A DNA stretch of 64,000 bases from an uncultured Acidobacteriota bacterium (GCA_963796275.1 CAWCKY010000006.1:1920001-1984000), one strand, 5' to 3'. Numbered from the stretch's first letter, positions 31,120 to 41,542 are shown. A program made the numbers and translations. The notes: generated from the letters alone by a model not told the origin.

Positions 31120-31938
31120 TCAATGGGAATCAAGAGGACTGCGTACGCCTAGGCCGCCGCGATTTAGCACGTGTGTGTAATCATCATCGTCGTCCGCACA
31201 TCCTGGTGACCGAGTAATACCTGAACTTACGAATGTCATAACTTGATTCCAGCAAATGTGTGGCAAAGCTGTGGCGGAATGTATGGCAGCCCGCATGTTT
31301 GCTGATTCCAGCATCGCGAATCGCACGTTTGACCGCCTTCTGCAGTGCTGATGGTTGAGATGATGGCGTCTTTCTATTCCTGAACGCGGGTCAATGGAGC
31401 GTTTCGAGGCTGGGAAAATATACTGCCATTTCCGTCACTTTTCGGCGTTCGGGTATTTTCGCGATAGCGCGTATGGCAGGTCAACCGTTCCGAATCCTTC
31501 ACGAACATCTTCTTCGTGCAAAGGGTGATTTCCACCAGATGGTCTTTTAAACGATCATGCAACGAGCGCGGCAACATCGTCACACGATCCATATCGCCTT
31601 TAGCCTCACGCACGGTGATCTGGTGTCGCTCGAAATCAAAATCCTTTACACGCAGGCGAAGGCATTCCAGCAATCTGAGTCCCGAGCCATAGAGCAAACT
31701 GGCCATAAGACGATTAGTTCCGTTTAGCTGAGCGATGACCGATCGAGCTTCTTCAGGCGTAAAGACTTCATGTAACCGCGTCGTTTTCTTGGCTCGCTCA
31801 AACTGAGTAACCGGACCAATATCCTTGTGCAATACCTGTCCGTAGAGATATAAGAGCGTAGAGCGCCTGATTTTGTGTTGATGAAGTGACTGCAAGCTTG
31901 ACGGCGAGATGTGTGAGAAATTCGCGAATTTCTTCCAA
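31120..31938 (-). pseudogene. intI: Integron integrase pseudogene, 5'-truncated, about five or more frameshift/stop lesions
   Basis: Segments [67 protein letters not shown] (IntI-specific insert), [38 protein letters not shown] spread over several frames. Confidence 0.93.
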
Positions 31939-31975
31939 CCCTGGCTCGGCGGCTTCGGTGCAACAGTTGTTAGGC
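31939..31975 (-). repeat. Inverted left half of an attC fused to the intI remnant
   Basis: Reverse complement GCCTAACAACTGTTGCACCGAAGCCGCCGAGCCAGGG matches the left arm of the array attC consensus. Confidence 0.85.
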
Positions 31976-32023
31976 GCAGATATACAAGAAGCTAATGATG
32001 TAGTCTAAATTCAGGTAATTTAA

Positions 32024-32509
32024 ATGAAACACACTATTTATGTTTTGTTTATGTTGAGTATCGTGTTGACAGGATTATCAATGTCCTGTTCCAGGATAAT
32101 CTCACCCAGTAATTTCCTGGAAAGATTCTCTTTCGATGATACGATTAAGGAGTTGAACGGTTCAGGACTCCGACTGTCTATATCCGGCTCAGGTACAACG
32201 CAAGCAAGTGCAGGTGACCCAAGCCCACATCGACGAGAGGTTATAAGCGAGTATGAAATAAATGAGACAGTTGGTGAGAGCTTTGACGAGAGGACATTTT
32301 TGGATAGGTTAAGTGAAGCGATCCAGCAGCAAGCTAGAAATTCAGGGGCAAAGGTAAATGGAAGCGGCAAAATTGGAGGGGAAACCTTCTATATCAATTA
32401 TAAAAATGGATCGCATGTTGGTGGAGTTGACGTGATAGGCATCCGGACAGGGAAGAATAAATACAAAATGTGGTGTGTAATCAGAGAGCTTGCAAGTGAA
32501 CCAAAGTGA
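32024..32509 (+). CDS. Cassette: hypothetical lipoprotein
   Basis: Hydrophobic leader with LSMSC lipobox-like Cys; AT-rich; follows GTTAGGC 31969. Confidence 0.7.
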   Translation: MKHTIYVLFMLSIVLTGLSMSCSRIISPSNFLERFSFDDTIKELNGSGLRLSISGSGTTQASAGDPSPHRREVISEYEINETVGESFDERTFLDRLSEAIQQQARNSGAKVNGSGKIGGETFYINYKNGSHVGGVDVIGIRTGKNKYKMWCVIRELASEPK

Positions 32510-32774
32510 GCTCGATGTTAGGCTGTCGGTAGCGAAAGTAACGAGCGACGAAAGAGAAAGACCATTAAAGCGACTCGTTGAGATGAAACAATAGCCGAAG
32601 TGTGTGGGTGAGATCGAAAAGAACTACAAAGGAAATGAGTCCCAGTTAGGGACGCGCTTACAGAAATATCTACTGATACCTGGCTTTACCACAAAGTTTT
32701 CCTTCTCCGATGCCTTCACGACGGCCGACAGTGACGATCTCACTCAGGTCCTCGTTAGGCAGATTTGATGAAAC

Positions 32775-33227
32775 ATGAAGCTGGATAATGACAAAATCGA
32801 CAACGCAGTTTTGGCGCTCCTTTTATTGGGGGTGCACGATGGCGCACGTGCCTGGAAGGGATTCGACTGGGTCTCAATGAATCGGCTTCATGCGAAGGGC
32901 TTCATTTCGGACCCACGTGGAAAGGCGAAATCCATCGTCTTCACGGAAGAGGGGCTTCGGCAAGCTGAGCGTCTGCTTGAAGAGTTGTTTTTTGAGCACG
33001 ACAGCGCTGCCGGTCAACCAAGTGAACGTGAACACGTTTACGCGATTGTTCGGTACGACCGGTTTCAAGAACCGTCAGAGGATTCGTTTACGGTCAAAGA
33101 GATAGTAAGGACGCAAGCTATAGCCGAAGCGGAAGTCAATCGACTTAATGAACTCAGCGCTGACAAGAACTGCACATACTCCTGGCAAGTGACGCGCTTA
33201 TTTACTGAAGGGAAAAGCCGCGGCTAA
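32775..33227 (+). CDS. Cassette: DUF6429-like winged-helix domain fused to an unknown domain
   Basis: RAWKGFDW..MNRLH.KGFISDPRGKAKSIVFTEEG; stop lies within GGCTAAC. Confidence 0.75.
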   Translation: MKLDNDKIDNAVLALLLLGVHDGARAWKGFDWVSMNRLHAKGFISDPRGKAKSIVFTEEGLRQAERLLEELFFEHDSAAGQPSEREHVYAIVRYDRFQEPSEDSFTVKEIVRTQAIAEAEVNRLNELSADKNCTYSWQVTRLFTEGKSRG

Positions 33228-33379
33228 CCGAGGCGTCGAGAATCCTTAATCACCGACTAGATATTGAAGAGAGTGACAGTGGCTATATGAGTCTATCGGA
33301 GGCAGGATCAATTATACTCAAGAAGGTAAATCGAAGCGAAAAGGCGCCAAAATAAGGCGCTTGGTTTTTTTGAAAACAC

Positions 33380-33469
33380 GCCTAACAATTGTTGCACCGG
33401 AGCCGCTGAGCGCGGGGTTTTATTGAGAACCGAGGTCAGACGGCGGCCCGGTGAACACTGCCGTTAGCC
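33380..33469 (+). repeat. attC site (type A)
   Basis: GCCTAAC..TTGCACCGGAGCCGCTG..CGGCGGCCCGGTGAAC..GTTAGCC. Confidence 0.9.
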
Positions 33470-33486
33470 CGCTTCAGGAGAATGTA

Positions 33487-34046
<560 letters not shown>

Positions 34047-34052
<6 letters not shown>

Positions 34053-34104
34053 CAAATCGGTCCAGCCGACCGCCTCCGGTGGCGGCTGACCTCCACCGTT
34101 AAAC
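34047..34104 (+). repeat. Short 58-bp attC (foreign type)
   Basis: GGCTAAC AAATCG GTCCAGCCGACCGCC TCC GGTGGCGGCTGACC TCCACC GTTAAAC. Confidence 0.85.
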
Positions 34105-34118
34105 GCCAAGGAGACATC

Positions 34119-34559
34119 ATGACGGTCAAGCGTATGGACAACGTCGGCATCGTGGTAGAAGACATCGATGCCGCTATTGAATTCTTCACCGAACTTGGCC
34201 TCGAGCTCGAGGGGCGCGCCCCAATCGAAGGAGATTGGGCAGATGGCGTCACTGGATTGCGCGACATGCGCGTCGAGATTGCCATGATGCGTACGCCGGA
34301 CGGTCACGGCCGGCTCGAGATCTCCCGATTCCTCGCGCCACCTGTGGTCGCCGATCACCGCAGCGCCCCGGTGAACGCTCTCGGTTACCTACGCGTCATG
34401 TTCACCGTGGAGGACATTGACGATACGCTCGCCCGGCTCGGCAAACGCGGCGCGGAGCTCGTCGGCGAAGTGGTCCAGTACGAAGATACGTATCGGCTTT
34501 GCTACATCCGGGGCCCCGAAGGGATTCTCATCGGGCTCGCCCAAGAGCTAGGGCAGTAG
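34119..34559 (+). CDS. Cassette: VOC/glyoxalase family protein
   Basis: RMDNVGIVVEDIDAAIEFF..YRLCYIRGPEGI. Confidence 0.92.
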   Translation: MTVKRMDNVGIVVEDIDAAIEFFTELGLELEGRAPIEGDWADGVTGLRDMRVEIAMMRTPDGHGRLEISRFLAPPVVADHRSAPVNALGYLRVMFTVEDIDDTLARLGKRGAELVGEVVQYEDTYRLCYIRGPEGILIGLAQELGQ

Positions 34560-34656
34560 ACTTCCCGATGAGCACATGTAAAGACGCTCATCGAAATATG
34601 CGAGTCTATTTGAGCCGTTACCACAAATCGCTGCCGCAAAACCGCGATTTGCATCG

Positions 34657-34748
34657 TCTCCAACAGCTCCGCCGCGCATGCGGCGGACTCGCCATGAGCG
34701 GCCTTTATCCGTAGTCGCGTGTGCGAGCCGCCGAAGCACAGCGTTAGA
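34657..34748 (+). repeat. Degenerate attC
   Basis: CTCCAAC..CGGCGGACTCGC..GCGAGCCGCCGAAG..GTTAGAC. Confidence 0.55.
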
Positions 34749-35084
34749 CTGTCCCTGATGAGTAGAGATGATGATTAAAGTAGCCTCTGCACGGATGAGG
34801 ATATATTGCGAGCAATCGAATCTTGGGCTGAGCTATTGGCCATGATGCGATTTGATGAGGCATTTTCGCAAATCCTTTGCCGCAGCGACGTTGGGTGGAC
34901 TCCAGAGTTAATTCGATAGTGATTTCGATTTACGGCTCGCCTGAACCTCGGCAGGATGGAAAAAGGTTTTCCGCGTGACGTCTATCTTGTGTGAGCAGCC
35001 GCGAAGGGATAGATATTCTACCGTGTAGAGCAGTATGGAGACGATCTGAACAGGCCCCGGTAGTACGTCGACGCTGTCGTATAT

Positions 35085-35126
35085 AACCGAGGCCACACGG
35101 CGGCCTGGTGAACACAGTCGTTAGGC
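35085..35126 (+). repeat. Right half of attC (type A)
   Basis: AACCGAGGCCACACGGCGGCCTGGTGAACACAGTCGTTAGGC. Confidence 0.8.
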
Positions 35127-35149
35127 CGCCGCGACTGGCTGTGAGTTCT

Positions 35150-35650
35150 ATGACAATGGATTTGATAAGAAAAAGAGCGCAACTCGCCTTCATGCCTCTT
35201 ACCGAGTGTCCTGATGCCATTCCTCAAGTGGCGCGTTGGTGGTGTGACGAGTGGGGACTACCTAAACGTCATCAATCAATGGAATCTTATTTGAGCGAGC
35301 TAGCGAGCCTAGAACCATGTAAGCTACCCATTCATTTGCTGGCCCTCAGCGAGAGAAACATCGTCGGAGTTGCAACTCTCAAGGACCAGAGCGAGTTTCG
35401 CAAACTGTTCCCTGACTTTCAATATTGGCTGAGCGGCGTATACGTCCCGCTAGCGCTCCGTAGGGGAGGTATAGCAACATCTCTCTGCCTCAAGATGGTC
35501 GAGATCGCAAAAAGTAGAGGGGTCACTAGGCTACATCTTATGACAGAAGTCCTCGACGGAGGGCTCTATGCCAAGATTGGGTGGGACCCCATCGAGCAAG
35601 CTCGTGTAAACGACCTGGACTTATTGGTAATGGCAAGAGACACTTGTTAG
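35150..35650 (+). CDS. Cassette: GNAT N-acetyltransferase
   Basis: WLSGVYVPLALRRGGIA; LYAKIGW. Confidence 0.85.
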   Translation: MTMDLIRKRAQLAFMPLTECPDAIPQVARWWCDEWGLPKRHQSMESYLSELASLEPCKLPIHLLALSERNIVGVATLKDQSEFRKLFPDFQYWLSGVYVPLALRRGGIATSLCLKMVEIAKSRGVTRLHLMTEVLDGGLYAKIGWDPIEQARVNDLDLLVMARDTC

Positions 35651-35661
35651 CAAGGAATGCA

Positions 35662-35751
35662 GCCTAACACGCGTTCAACCAGAGCCGCTCGAGGGAAGCT
35701 TTGGCTGCCACCAACATCTCAGGCGCGACCCAGTTAACATCGTCATTAGGC
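35662..35751 (+). repeat. Degenerate attC
   Basis: GCCTAAC..GTTCAACCAGAGCCGC..CAGTTAAC..ATTAGGC. Confidence 0.7.
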
Positions 35752-35976
35752 GTCGATCGACACGTAGAAAGTGAACAAGGTAGCGACCAATCAAGCAATG
35801 AACAACATGCCAGAATCGAAAGATACTTGGTTTAATTGAAAATAGAGAGCTCCGCGAAACCGAGACCATAATTTTGAGCGAAAGAAAATAGCGACGAACG
35901 AACGAAAGACGTAAAAGGATATATCCTTCCGAGCAAGAGCGCTCCGCGAAGCCGAGGCCATATGGATTGAAAATGT

Positions 35977-36066
35977 GCCTAACAATCGTTGCGGCGGAGC
36001 GCGCGAGCCGGGTTCTCGCTTTCCATCGAAGGGACGTCGTGCGCCGGGTGAACACGGTCGTTAGGT
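35977..36066 (+). repeat. attC (type B)
   Basis: GCCTAAC..GGAGCGCGCGA..CGTCGTGCGCCGGGTGAAC..GTTAGGT. Confidence 0.85.
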
Positions 36067-36145
36067 CCCCGTAACGAGTTAGCGAAGGCGTCGAGTTACG
36101 GCCACGTGTGTAATCGGGTTAATTGAAGGGAACAGGGTTGAAATA

Positions 36146-36544
36146 ATGAACAACTTCTTTGCAAGGAGCGTGTTCTTCGTGAAAGACGCTGAGGGCTCCT
36201 TAAGGTACTACACGGAAACGCTCGGATTCTCACTGGAGTGGAACTATCAAGAACAAGGCAGGGCTTTTGTATTTGAAGTGAGCCTGCTTGGGTTTCAACT
36301 GATCCTGAATCAGACTGAGCCTGGGACGGAGGATCGGGCGGGTCACGGCCGCTTGTTCATTGGCCTCGATGAAGACCAGGTAAATGCATTTCGCAAACAC
36401 ATCGAGGAAAAGGGCATCAAGATAACCGTCATCCAGTGGGGGGCTCCAACACTTGTAATACGCGACCTGGATGAGAACGAATTGTTCTTTGGATTGCCGG
36501 AGAGCGAACGAGAGAGCCTGCAAGCGCAACTCGCAGACGCCTAA
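36146..36544 (+). CDS. Cassette: VOC/glyoxalase family protein
   Basis: VFFVKDAEGSLRYYTETLGF..IRDLDENELFF; stop lies inside GCCTAAC. Confidence 0.88.
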   Translation: MNNFFARSVFFVKDAEGSLRYYTETLGFSLEWNYQEQGRAFVFEVSLLGFQLILNQTEPGTEDRAGHGRLFIGLDEDQVNAFRKHIEEKGIKITVIQWGAPTLVIRDLDENELFFGLPESERESLQAQLADA

Positions 36545-36628
36545 CAATTGTTGCACCGGAGCGCGCGAAGATGGTTTGACGATCTTCGGCCGAGGCGCAT
36601 CAAGCGCCCGGTGTACATGGCGTTAGGC
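36539..36628 (+). repeat. attC (type B)
   Basis: GCCTAACAATTGTTGCACCGGAGCGCGCGA..GCGCCCGGTGTAC..GTTAGGC. Confidence 0.88.
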
Positions 36629-36810
36629 GCTCTGAATGAAGGGGCGCGTTTGCTGAAAGATAGTTAGGCGACAGGGCTGCAACTCTACTTTTTTATTGGG
36701 GCCAACGCCATTTTGCCGAAGGGGCTCTGTGCTTCTAAAATTATGAACTTACAAACCTTAGAATTCGTAGGTCAACAGGATTAAGTCAATCAATAACAAG
36801 GAGGAGCGTT

Positions 36811-37368
36811 ATGTTCTGTCCGACTTGTGGTAGAGAAGACTCCCAGGGGCGGAGATTCTGCCCAACGTGCGGGGCTAACCTGGAGAGAGTGACAAGGGCG
36901 TTGTCGCCGGGAGGTGACAGTCTACTCGCAAGAGCTGACAAGGCCTTTGACAGGTTGGTTGCGCGCTACGCCGGACTTTTCTTCGGCGGGGCTCGGGACA
37001 GAGCCCTGGACTGGCGAGTGAGTCATTCGTGGACGCTTTGGGCGCAGGCTTTTTTGGCGTTGCCCGCCAACTTTATTCTATTCTGGATCGTTCTCTTCGG
37101 CATTCTCCCACTCAGGCTGTTTACCTTGTTGCTTAGCAGCCCTTTCCGCTTGCTGTCTGAACGCAGCGCCCAACAAGACGCCGCGCCGTTGCAAGATCAC
37201 GTGGATGGATACGGGCTTTTACTGGGAGCGGCTGCGAAAGAGGAAAATAAGCGAGCGCAGTTGCAAGCGCCGCACCCCGGACAATGGTCGCTGAGTTCCG
37301 GTCCCAGCGCAGTCGAGCACACCACAAAGAATTTGCAGGATACGGCTGCGACAGAGCGTAAAAGCTGA
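36811..37368 (+). CDS. Zinc-ribbon membrane protein
   Basis: MFCPTCG..FCPTCGANL, TM segment, C-terminal SAVEHTTKNL; strong RBS. Confidence 0.8.
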   Translation: MFCPTCGREDSQGRRFCPTCGANLERVTRALSPGGDSLLARADKAFDRLVARYAGLFFGGARDRALDWRVSHSWTLWAQAFLALPANFILFWIVLFGILPLRLFTLLLSSPFRLLSERSAQQDAAPLQDHVDGYGLLLGAAAKEENKRAQLQAPHPGQWSLSSGPSAVEHTTKNLQDTAATERKS

Positions 37369-37582
37369 GGAGATGAGTTATCTCGGCCGTTGATTGAAAC
37401 CGCATATAGTCTAGGCGCTCGGTTGCGCGAGAGAATGCTTCAACTTCTGCCGATGAACGAACGAGAGCGGCTACAAAGTCTGGACAGATAGGGCCGAAAC
37501 AATTACACATTTCGTGTCCTTGCGGTGACACCGTATAGGTAAGAAGCCAGATGCGCCGCCGCGCTGCCGCAAGGACTACGCT

Positions 37583-37969
37583 TTGTCGACAGGAGCAGTT
37601 CATTTGTTACGAACCATAGACGGTAGCCATACCCCCGAAAAGCCGATTGCAGAGCATTTGATACCACATTGTGGACATTTCATGTACATCAACGAAATCA
37701 GCGGACGCCTCGAGGCCATCGGATGCCCCAGCGGGCTAAATTGGTGGGTACGTTATGATAAGGAGGAAGTAAAACTTGAATTCTCTCCCGAGCAGAAAGT
37801 GGTAGTACCAATCGAAGTGTGGTGCCAAGCAGTGATAAAGTTCTCGGATGATATAGCATCTTTCTATTTTCAAGATTGGCCAAAGACACTGACCGATGAT
37901 TTTGATCAGGAATGGTTATCATTATTTATTGAAGAGTGGCGGCGCCGTCGCACGCAATGCGGAGCCTAA
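37583..37969 (+). CDS. Cassette: hypothetical protein, probably 5'-truncated
   Basis: LIPHCGH..IGCPSGLNW; stop lies in GCCTAAC 37963. Confidence 0.6.
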   Translation: MSTGAVHLLRTIDGSHTPEKPIAEHLIPHCGHFMYINEISGRLEAIGCPSGLNWWVRYDKEEVKLEFSPEQKVVVPIEVWCQAVIKFSDDIASFYFQDWPKTLTDDFDQEWLSLFIEEWRRRRTQCGA

Positions 37970-38167
37970 CAAACATTGCACGAAACACTCAAATGCCGGT
38001 GACTTCCAGATGCAAGAAAACCGACGGTTCAATAGCGACAAGAACTATTTGAGCTTTCGGCAACGAGCAAGATAGCGCGCTTTGACAAAGAATCAATATA
38101 TGACGGAGCGTGCAGGTCGGACGGCGGGCCAAAGGATAGGAAATAAACCCCAGCTCCGATCGAACAC

Positions 38168-38255
38168 CTCTATTAAATGTTGCACCGGAGCTGCTGGCCA
38201 GGGTTTTATTGAAATCCGAGGTCACACGGCAGCCCGGTGAACACAGCCGTTAGGC
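38168..38255 (+). repeat. attC (type A, damaged R'' box)
   Basis: AAATGTTGCACCGGAGCTGCTG..CGGCAGCCCGGTGAAC..GTTAGGC. Confidence 0.85.
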
Positions 38256-38285
38256 GCACTTCCTACCTGAGTTGAGGATAAACTT

Positions 38286-38601
38286 ATGGAATCAGCAATC
38301 CAAAAACTCGCTATTATCTGCTTCTTTTGTCATCGGTATGTCACACATCATTCAACCGCGCTTCTGGGCACAATTCTTCGTCGACATACGCAGCAAGGGT
38401 GAGATAGGTGGCTTTATCAACGCGTTCATACATTTCCCGCTAGGTGCTCTGGTCATTGCCTTCCACAATGTCTGGCAAGGTGTCCCGGTGGTGGATAGAG
38501 TGAGTAATTTTATGGAGGGAGTTGCCAGAGTAGAATTCAAAGACGAAAAAGTCGGCTACCTTGATAAATTGGGCAGGTATATTTGGGAGCCCACAAAATA
38601 G
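38286..38601 (+). pseudogene. Chimeric cassette remnant: membrane protein N-terminus joined to a WG-repeat C-terminus
   Basis: MESAIQKLAIICF/VIGMSHIIQPRFW..FHNVWQG then SNFMEGVARVEFKDEKVGYLDKLGRYIWEP; frameshift near 38320. Confidence 0.65.
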
Positions 38602-38625
38602 TTGGTAAAAATTGCTCGAAAATGC

Positions 38626-38713
38626 GCCTGACAAACGTTGCACCGGAGCCGCCGAACCGGGGTTTTCTTGGAAGCCGAGGCCGCACGGCGCCCGGGGAAC
38701 TCTGGCGTTAGGC
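38626..38713 (+). repeat. attC (type A)
   Basis: GCCTGAC..GTTGCACCGGAGCCGCCG..CGGCGCCCGGGGAAC..GTTAGGC. Confidence 0.9.
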
Positions 38714-38720
38714 GCATTCA

Positions 38721-39332
38721 ATGATTCCGCACCTGACAAATATGAATATGAGAGACCAAGAATACTTAAACCAGCCAGCGGTCTTAAAACAAATTTTGCA
38801 GGAGTCTGAGGCGTTAAATTTCCAAATGGCATCTGATCTACTGACCGGATCTTTTTTGCGTACTCTTGCAGCCAGCAAAGCTGGCGGTAAGCTCCTTGAA
38901 ATTGGCACCGGCACAGGTATCGCCACCTCATGGCTCCTCGATGGCATGGATCAGGAGTCGCAGTTAATCACTATTGACCAAAATGCGGATACTGTCTCTA
39001 TAGCGAAAAGGTACTTGGGACATGACAATCGAGTCTCCTTTTACACAGAAGATGCAGGCCCATGGCTGGAGAGATTCTCTGATCACTCATACGATCTGAT
39101 TTTCGCAGATGCATGGCCGGGGAAGTATAGTCACTTGGACGCAGCGTTGCGGTTGCTCAAGGTAGGCGGGTTGTACGTGATCGATGACATGCTACCGCAG
39201 CCAAATTGGCCTGAAGGGCATTGTGATCAAGTCGACCGACTTATTGCGATGTTGGAGAAGAGAAGCGATTTATTACTTACGAAGATGGTCTGGTCAACGG
39301 GGTTAATTGTTGCAGTCAAGGTTGGGGTATAG
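38721..39332 (+). CDS. Cassette: class I SAM-dependent O-methyltransferase
   Basis: LEIGTGTG, YDLIFADAWPGKY, LKVGGLYVIDD. Confidence 0.92.
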   Translation: MIPHLTNMNMRDQEYLNQPAVLKQILQESEALNFQMASDLLTGSFLRTLAASKAGGKLLEIGTGTGIATSWLLDGMDQESQLITIDQNADTVSIAKRYLGHDNRVSFYTEDAGPWLERFSDHSYDLIFADAWPGKYSHLDAALRLLKVGGLYVIDDMLPQPNWPEGHCDQVDRLIAMLEKRSDLLLTKMVWSTGLIVAVKVGV

Positions 39333-39392
39333 AGGAACGGGAACGCCCAACATGCGATCATCCGGACCCGTAATTATGTAGCGCTAAGCCTT

Positions 39393-39479
39393 GCCTAACA
39401 AATGTTGCACCGGAGCCGCCGAACCGGTGTTCTTGTAAGTCCAGGCAACGCGGCGGCCCGGTGAACTCATCCGTTATTC
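39393..39479 (+). repeat. attC (type A)
   Basis: GCCTAACAAATGTTGCACCGGAGCCGCCG..CGGCGGCCCGGTGAAC..GTTATTC. Confidence 0.88.
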
Positions 39480-39514
39480 GGCTAGAGGGGGAGCCGGGAG
39501 TATAGGACGCTGAG

Positions 39515-40456
39515 ATGACGATTCCAAGCATACTTGCAGCCACCTGGAACGACGGGGTGTTCGTCTTCACCGGCGAAACGCGACACCAGGAACTTGCCGG
39601 CAAAGTGGTGAGAGCCCTTGCTCCAGATCAGAATGGAGGCGCTCTCGCCATCGTCGATGGACACTCGCTTTGCCGTCGTACCGGCGAGGGCGTGTGGAGT
39701 ACGATCGCCACCAGTCAAGTGGACCTCGCATGCCTGGTGGTAGTCGGCCATGTGATCTATCTCGGGACGGACGATGCGCGTGTCCTCCGTGTCAGCGAAA
39801 ATGGCGAGATTGAACCTCTAGGCGGCTTCGAGGCTATTCCGGGACGAGACAAATGGTACGCAGGTTCGGCGCTGATAAACGGTCAACTCGTTGGACCACC
39901 GCTTGGGGTTCGTTCGATGACCGCAACCTCAGACGATGCTGTGCTCTTAGCCAATGTCCATGTCGGAGGCATTCCGCGCTCCACTGATGACGGTATGACC
40001 TGGCAAGCCACCATTGACATCGACAGTGACGTTCACGAAGTTTGCGCTCACCCGGTTCATCCCGGCATTGTGATCGCGGCGGCTGCGATTGGGCTCTGTA
40101 TCAGCCGGGACGGCGGCGCTACTTGGACCGTTGAACAGCAGGGCTTGCATGCATCATATTGCTCTGCGGTAGCCTTTTCGGAAAACGATATTCTCGTGGC
40201 TGCATCTACAGACCACTTCGCTAGCCAGGGAGCCGTCTACCGACGGCCGATAGACGGGAAATATCCGCTGGAACCAATCGGTGGTCTCCCCAAATGGCTC
40301 GAAGGCATCGCCGATACGGGCTGCATCGCGACACGCGGATCGGCGCTTGCGGTCGCCGACAAGGCCGGCAACCTGTACGTATCAGCAGACGCCGGGGACT
40401 CTTGGCTGCGTCGCGACAGCGGCCTTCCAACGATGAGCAGCGTTCTCCTTTTTTGA
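39515..40456 (+). CDS. Cassette: BNR/Asp-box beta-propeller protein
   Basis: STDDGMTW, SRDGGATW, SADAGDSW Asp-boxes. Confidence 0.85.
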   Translation: MTIPSILAATWNDGVFVFTGETRHQELAGKVVRALAPDQNGGALAIVDGHSLCRRTGEGVWSTIATSQVDLACLVVVGHVIYLGTDDARVLRVSENGEIEPLGGFEAIPGRDKWYAGSALINGQLVGPPLGVRSMTATSDDAVLLANVHVGGIPRSTDDGMTWQATIDIDSDVHEVCAHPVHPGIVIAAAAIGLCISRDGGATWTVEQQGLHASYCSAVAFSENDILVAASTDHFASQGAVYRRPIDGKYPLEPIGGLPKWLEGIADTGCIATRGSALAVADKAGNLYVSADAGDSWLRRDSGLPTMSSVLLF

Positions 40457-40499
40457 TGGCTCATCGACGACGGCAATCAGAAGCTCGTGGCCTTAAGCC

Positions 40500-40586
40500 G
40501 CCTGACAAATGTTGCACTGGAGCTGCCGAATCTGGTTTTATTGGAAGCCGAGACACACGGCGGCCCGGTGAACGTGGCCGTTGGGC
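40500..40586 (+). repeat. attC (type A)
   Basis: GCCTGAC..GTTGCACTGGAGCTGCCG..CGGCGGCCCGGTGAAC..GTTGGGC. Confidence 0.9.
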
Positions 40587-40611
40587 AGATTCCTGAAACA
40601 CCGCAATATCT

Positions 40612-41352
40612 ATGATTATTCACCTAGGATGTGTTCAAGAACTCGTGCGGTATCCTGTCAAATCTATGGCTGGTATCGCAATGGGCTCTGCCTTTCTTGG
40701 CTGGCACGGTTTGCAGGGGGATCGGCGCTTTGCATTTCGCCGCCTCAACGACAATAGTGGCTTTCCTTGGCTTTCTGCAAGTCGGCTTCCTGAACTTCTT
40801 TTGTACGAGCCGCTGGGTCTTGATGAGAATGCGGAAGAGCCTTTGCCTACACATGTCCGTACACCGGATGGGACGAACCTCGCGCTCGGAAGCGCGGAGT
40901 TGCAACACCTTATCGCAGGAAAGTTCGGAAGTGCGGTCGAATTGATGAAACTCAAGCATGGAATTTTTGATGAAGCGAGCGTGTCGGTGATCAATTTATC
41001 GACAATTTCTGCAATTGGCCGGGAAGCAGGACAGAGCTTGGATACCAGGCGATTCCGGGCAAATATTATAATTGCGACAGATACGACAGAACCATTTCTG
41101 GAGGATGGATGGATAGGCGGCAGGTTGGTGTTTGGCAACAACGAAGTGGGGCCAATGATTAGTATGACGATGTGCGATCCGCGATGTATGATGATTAACC
41201 TGGACCCGGATACGGCTCAACAAGACCCACGCGTATTGAAGGCGGTCGTGCGTCTGAACAAGAATAATGCGGGAGCTTATGGAACGGTTGCGCGCACAGG
41301 CCAGATCAGCGTGGGTCAGTTAGTAAGTTTGATTATTGAAACACAAACCTGA
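40612..41352 (+). CDS. Cassette: MOSC domain protein
   Basis: RYPVKSM, GDRRFA, RRFRANI, PRC.MI. Confidence 0.92.
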   Translation: MIIHLGCVQELVRYPVKSMAGIAMGSAFLGWHGLQGDRRFAFRRLNDNSGFPWLSASRLPELLLYEPLGLDENAEEPLPTHVRTPDGTNLALGSAELQHLIAGKFGSAVELMKLKHGIFDEASVSVINLSTISAIGREAGQSLDTRRFRANIIIATDTTEPFLEDGWIGGRLVFGNNEVGPMISMTMCDPRCMMINLDPDTAQQDPRVLKAVVRLNKNNAGAYGTVARTGQISVGQLVSLIIETQT

Positions 41353-41374
41353 ATCCCGTGAGCCTACCGATACT

Positions 41375-41464
41375 GCCCAACATCTGTTACAGCGAAGTGC
41401 GCGAAGCTGGTTTGTTGCGTGTCACCGAGGGGCGTCGCGCGCCCCGTGAACATAGTCGTTAGAC
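41375..41464 (+). repeat. attC (type B)
   Basis: GCCCAAC..GTGCGCGAA..CGTCGCGCGCCCCGTGAAC..GTTAGAC. Confidence 0.8.
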
Positions 41465-41542
41465 CGCTTTGTCAGCACACCAGAGATAGTATTATTGGAA
41501 TTCAAATGTTTTGCTACCGAAACTAAGAATTGAGGTTCCTGA

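Noticed and set aside
30700-31120. attI site or small gene downstream of intI (GTTAGAT at 30781)
   Set aside because: Wrong side of intI for a canonical attI, no supporting boxes recognised, and only broken short frames.
31120-31938. Functional intI obscured only by sequencing errors
   Set aside because: Lesion density is far above neighbouring genes and the N-terminus is physically replaced.
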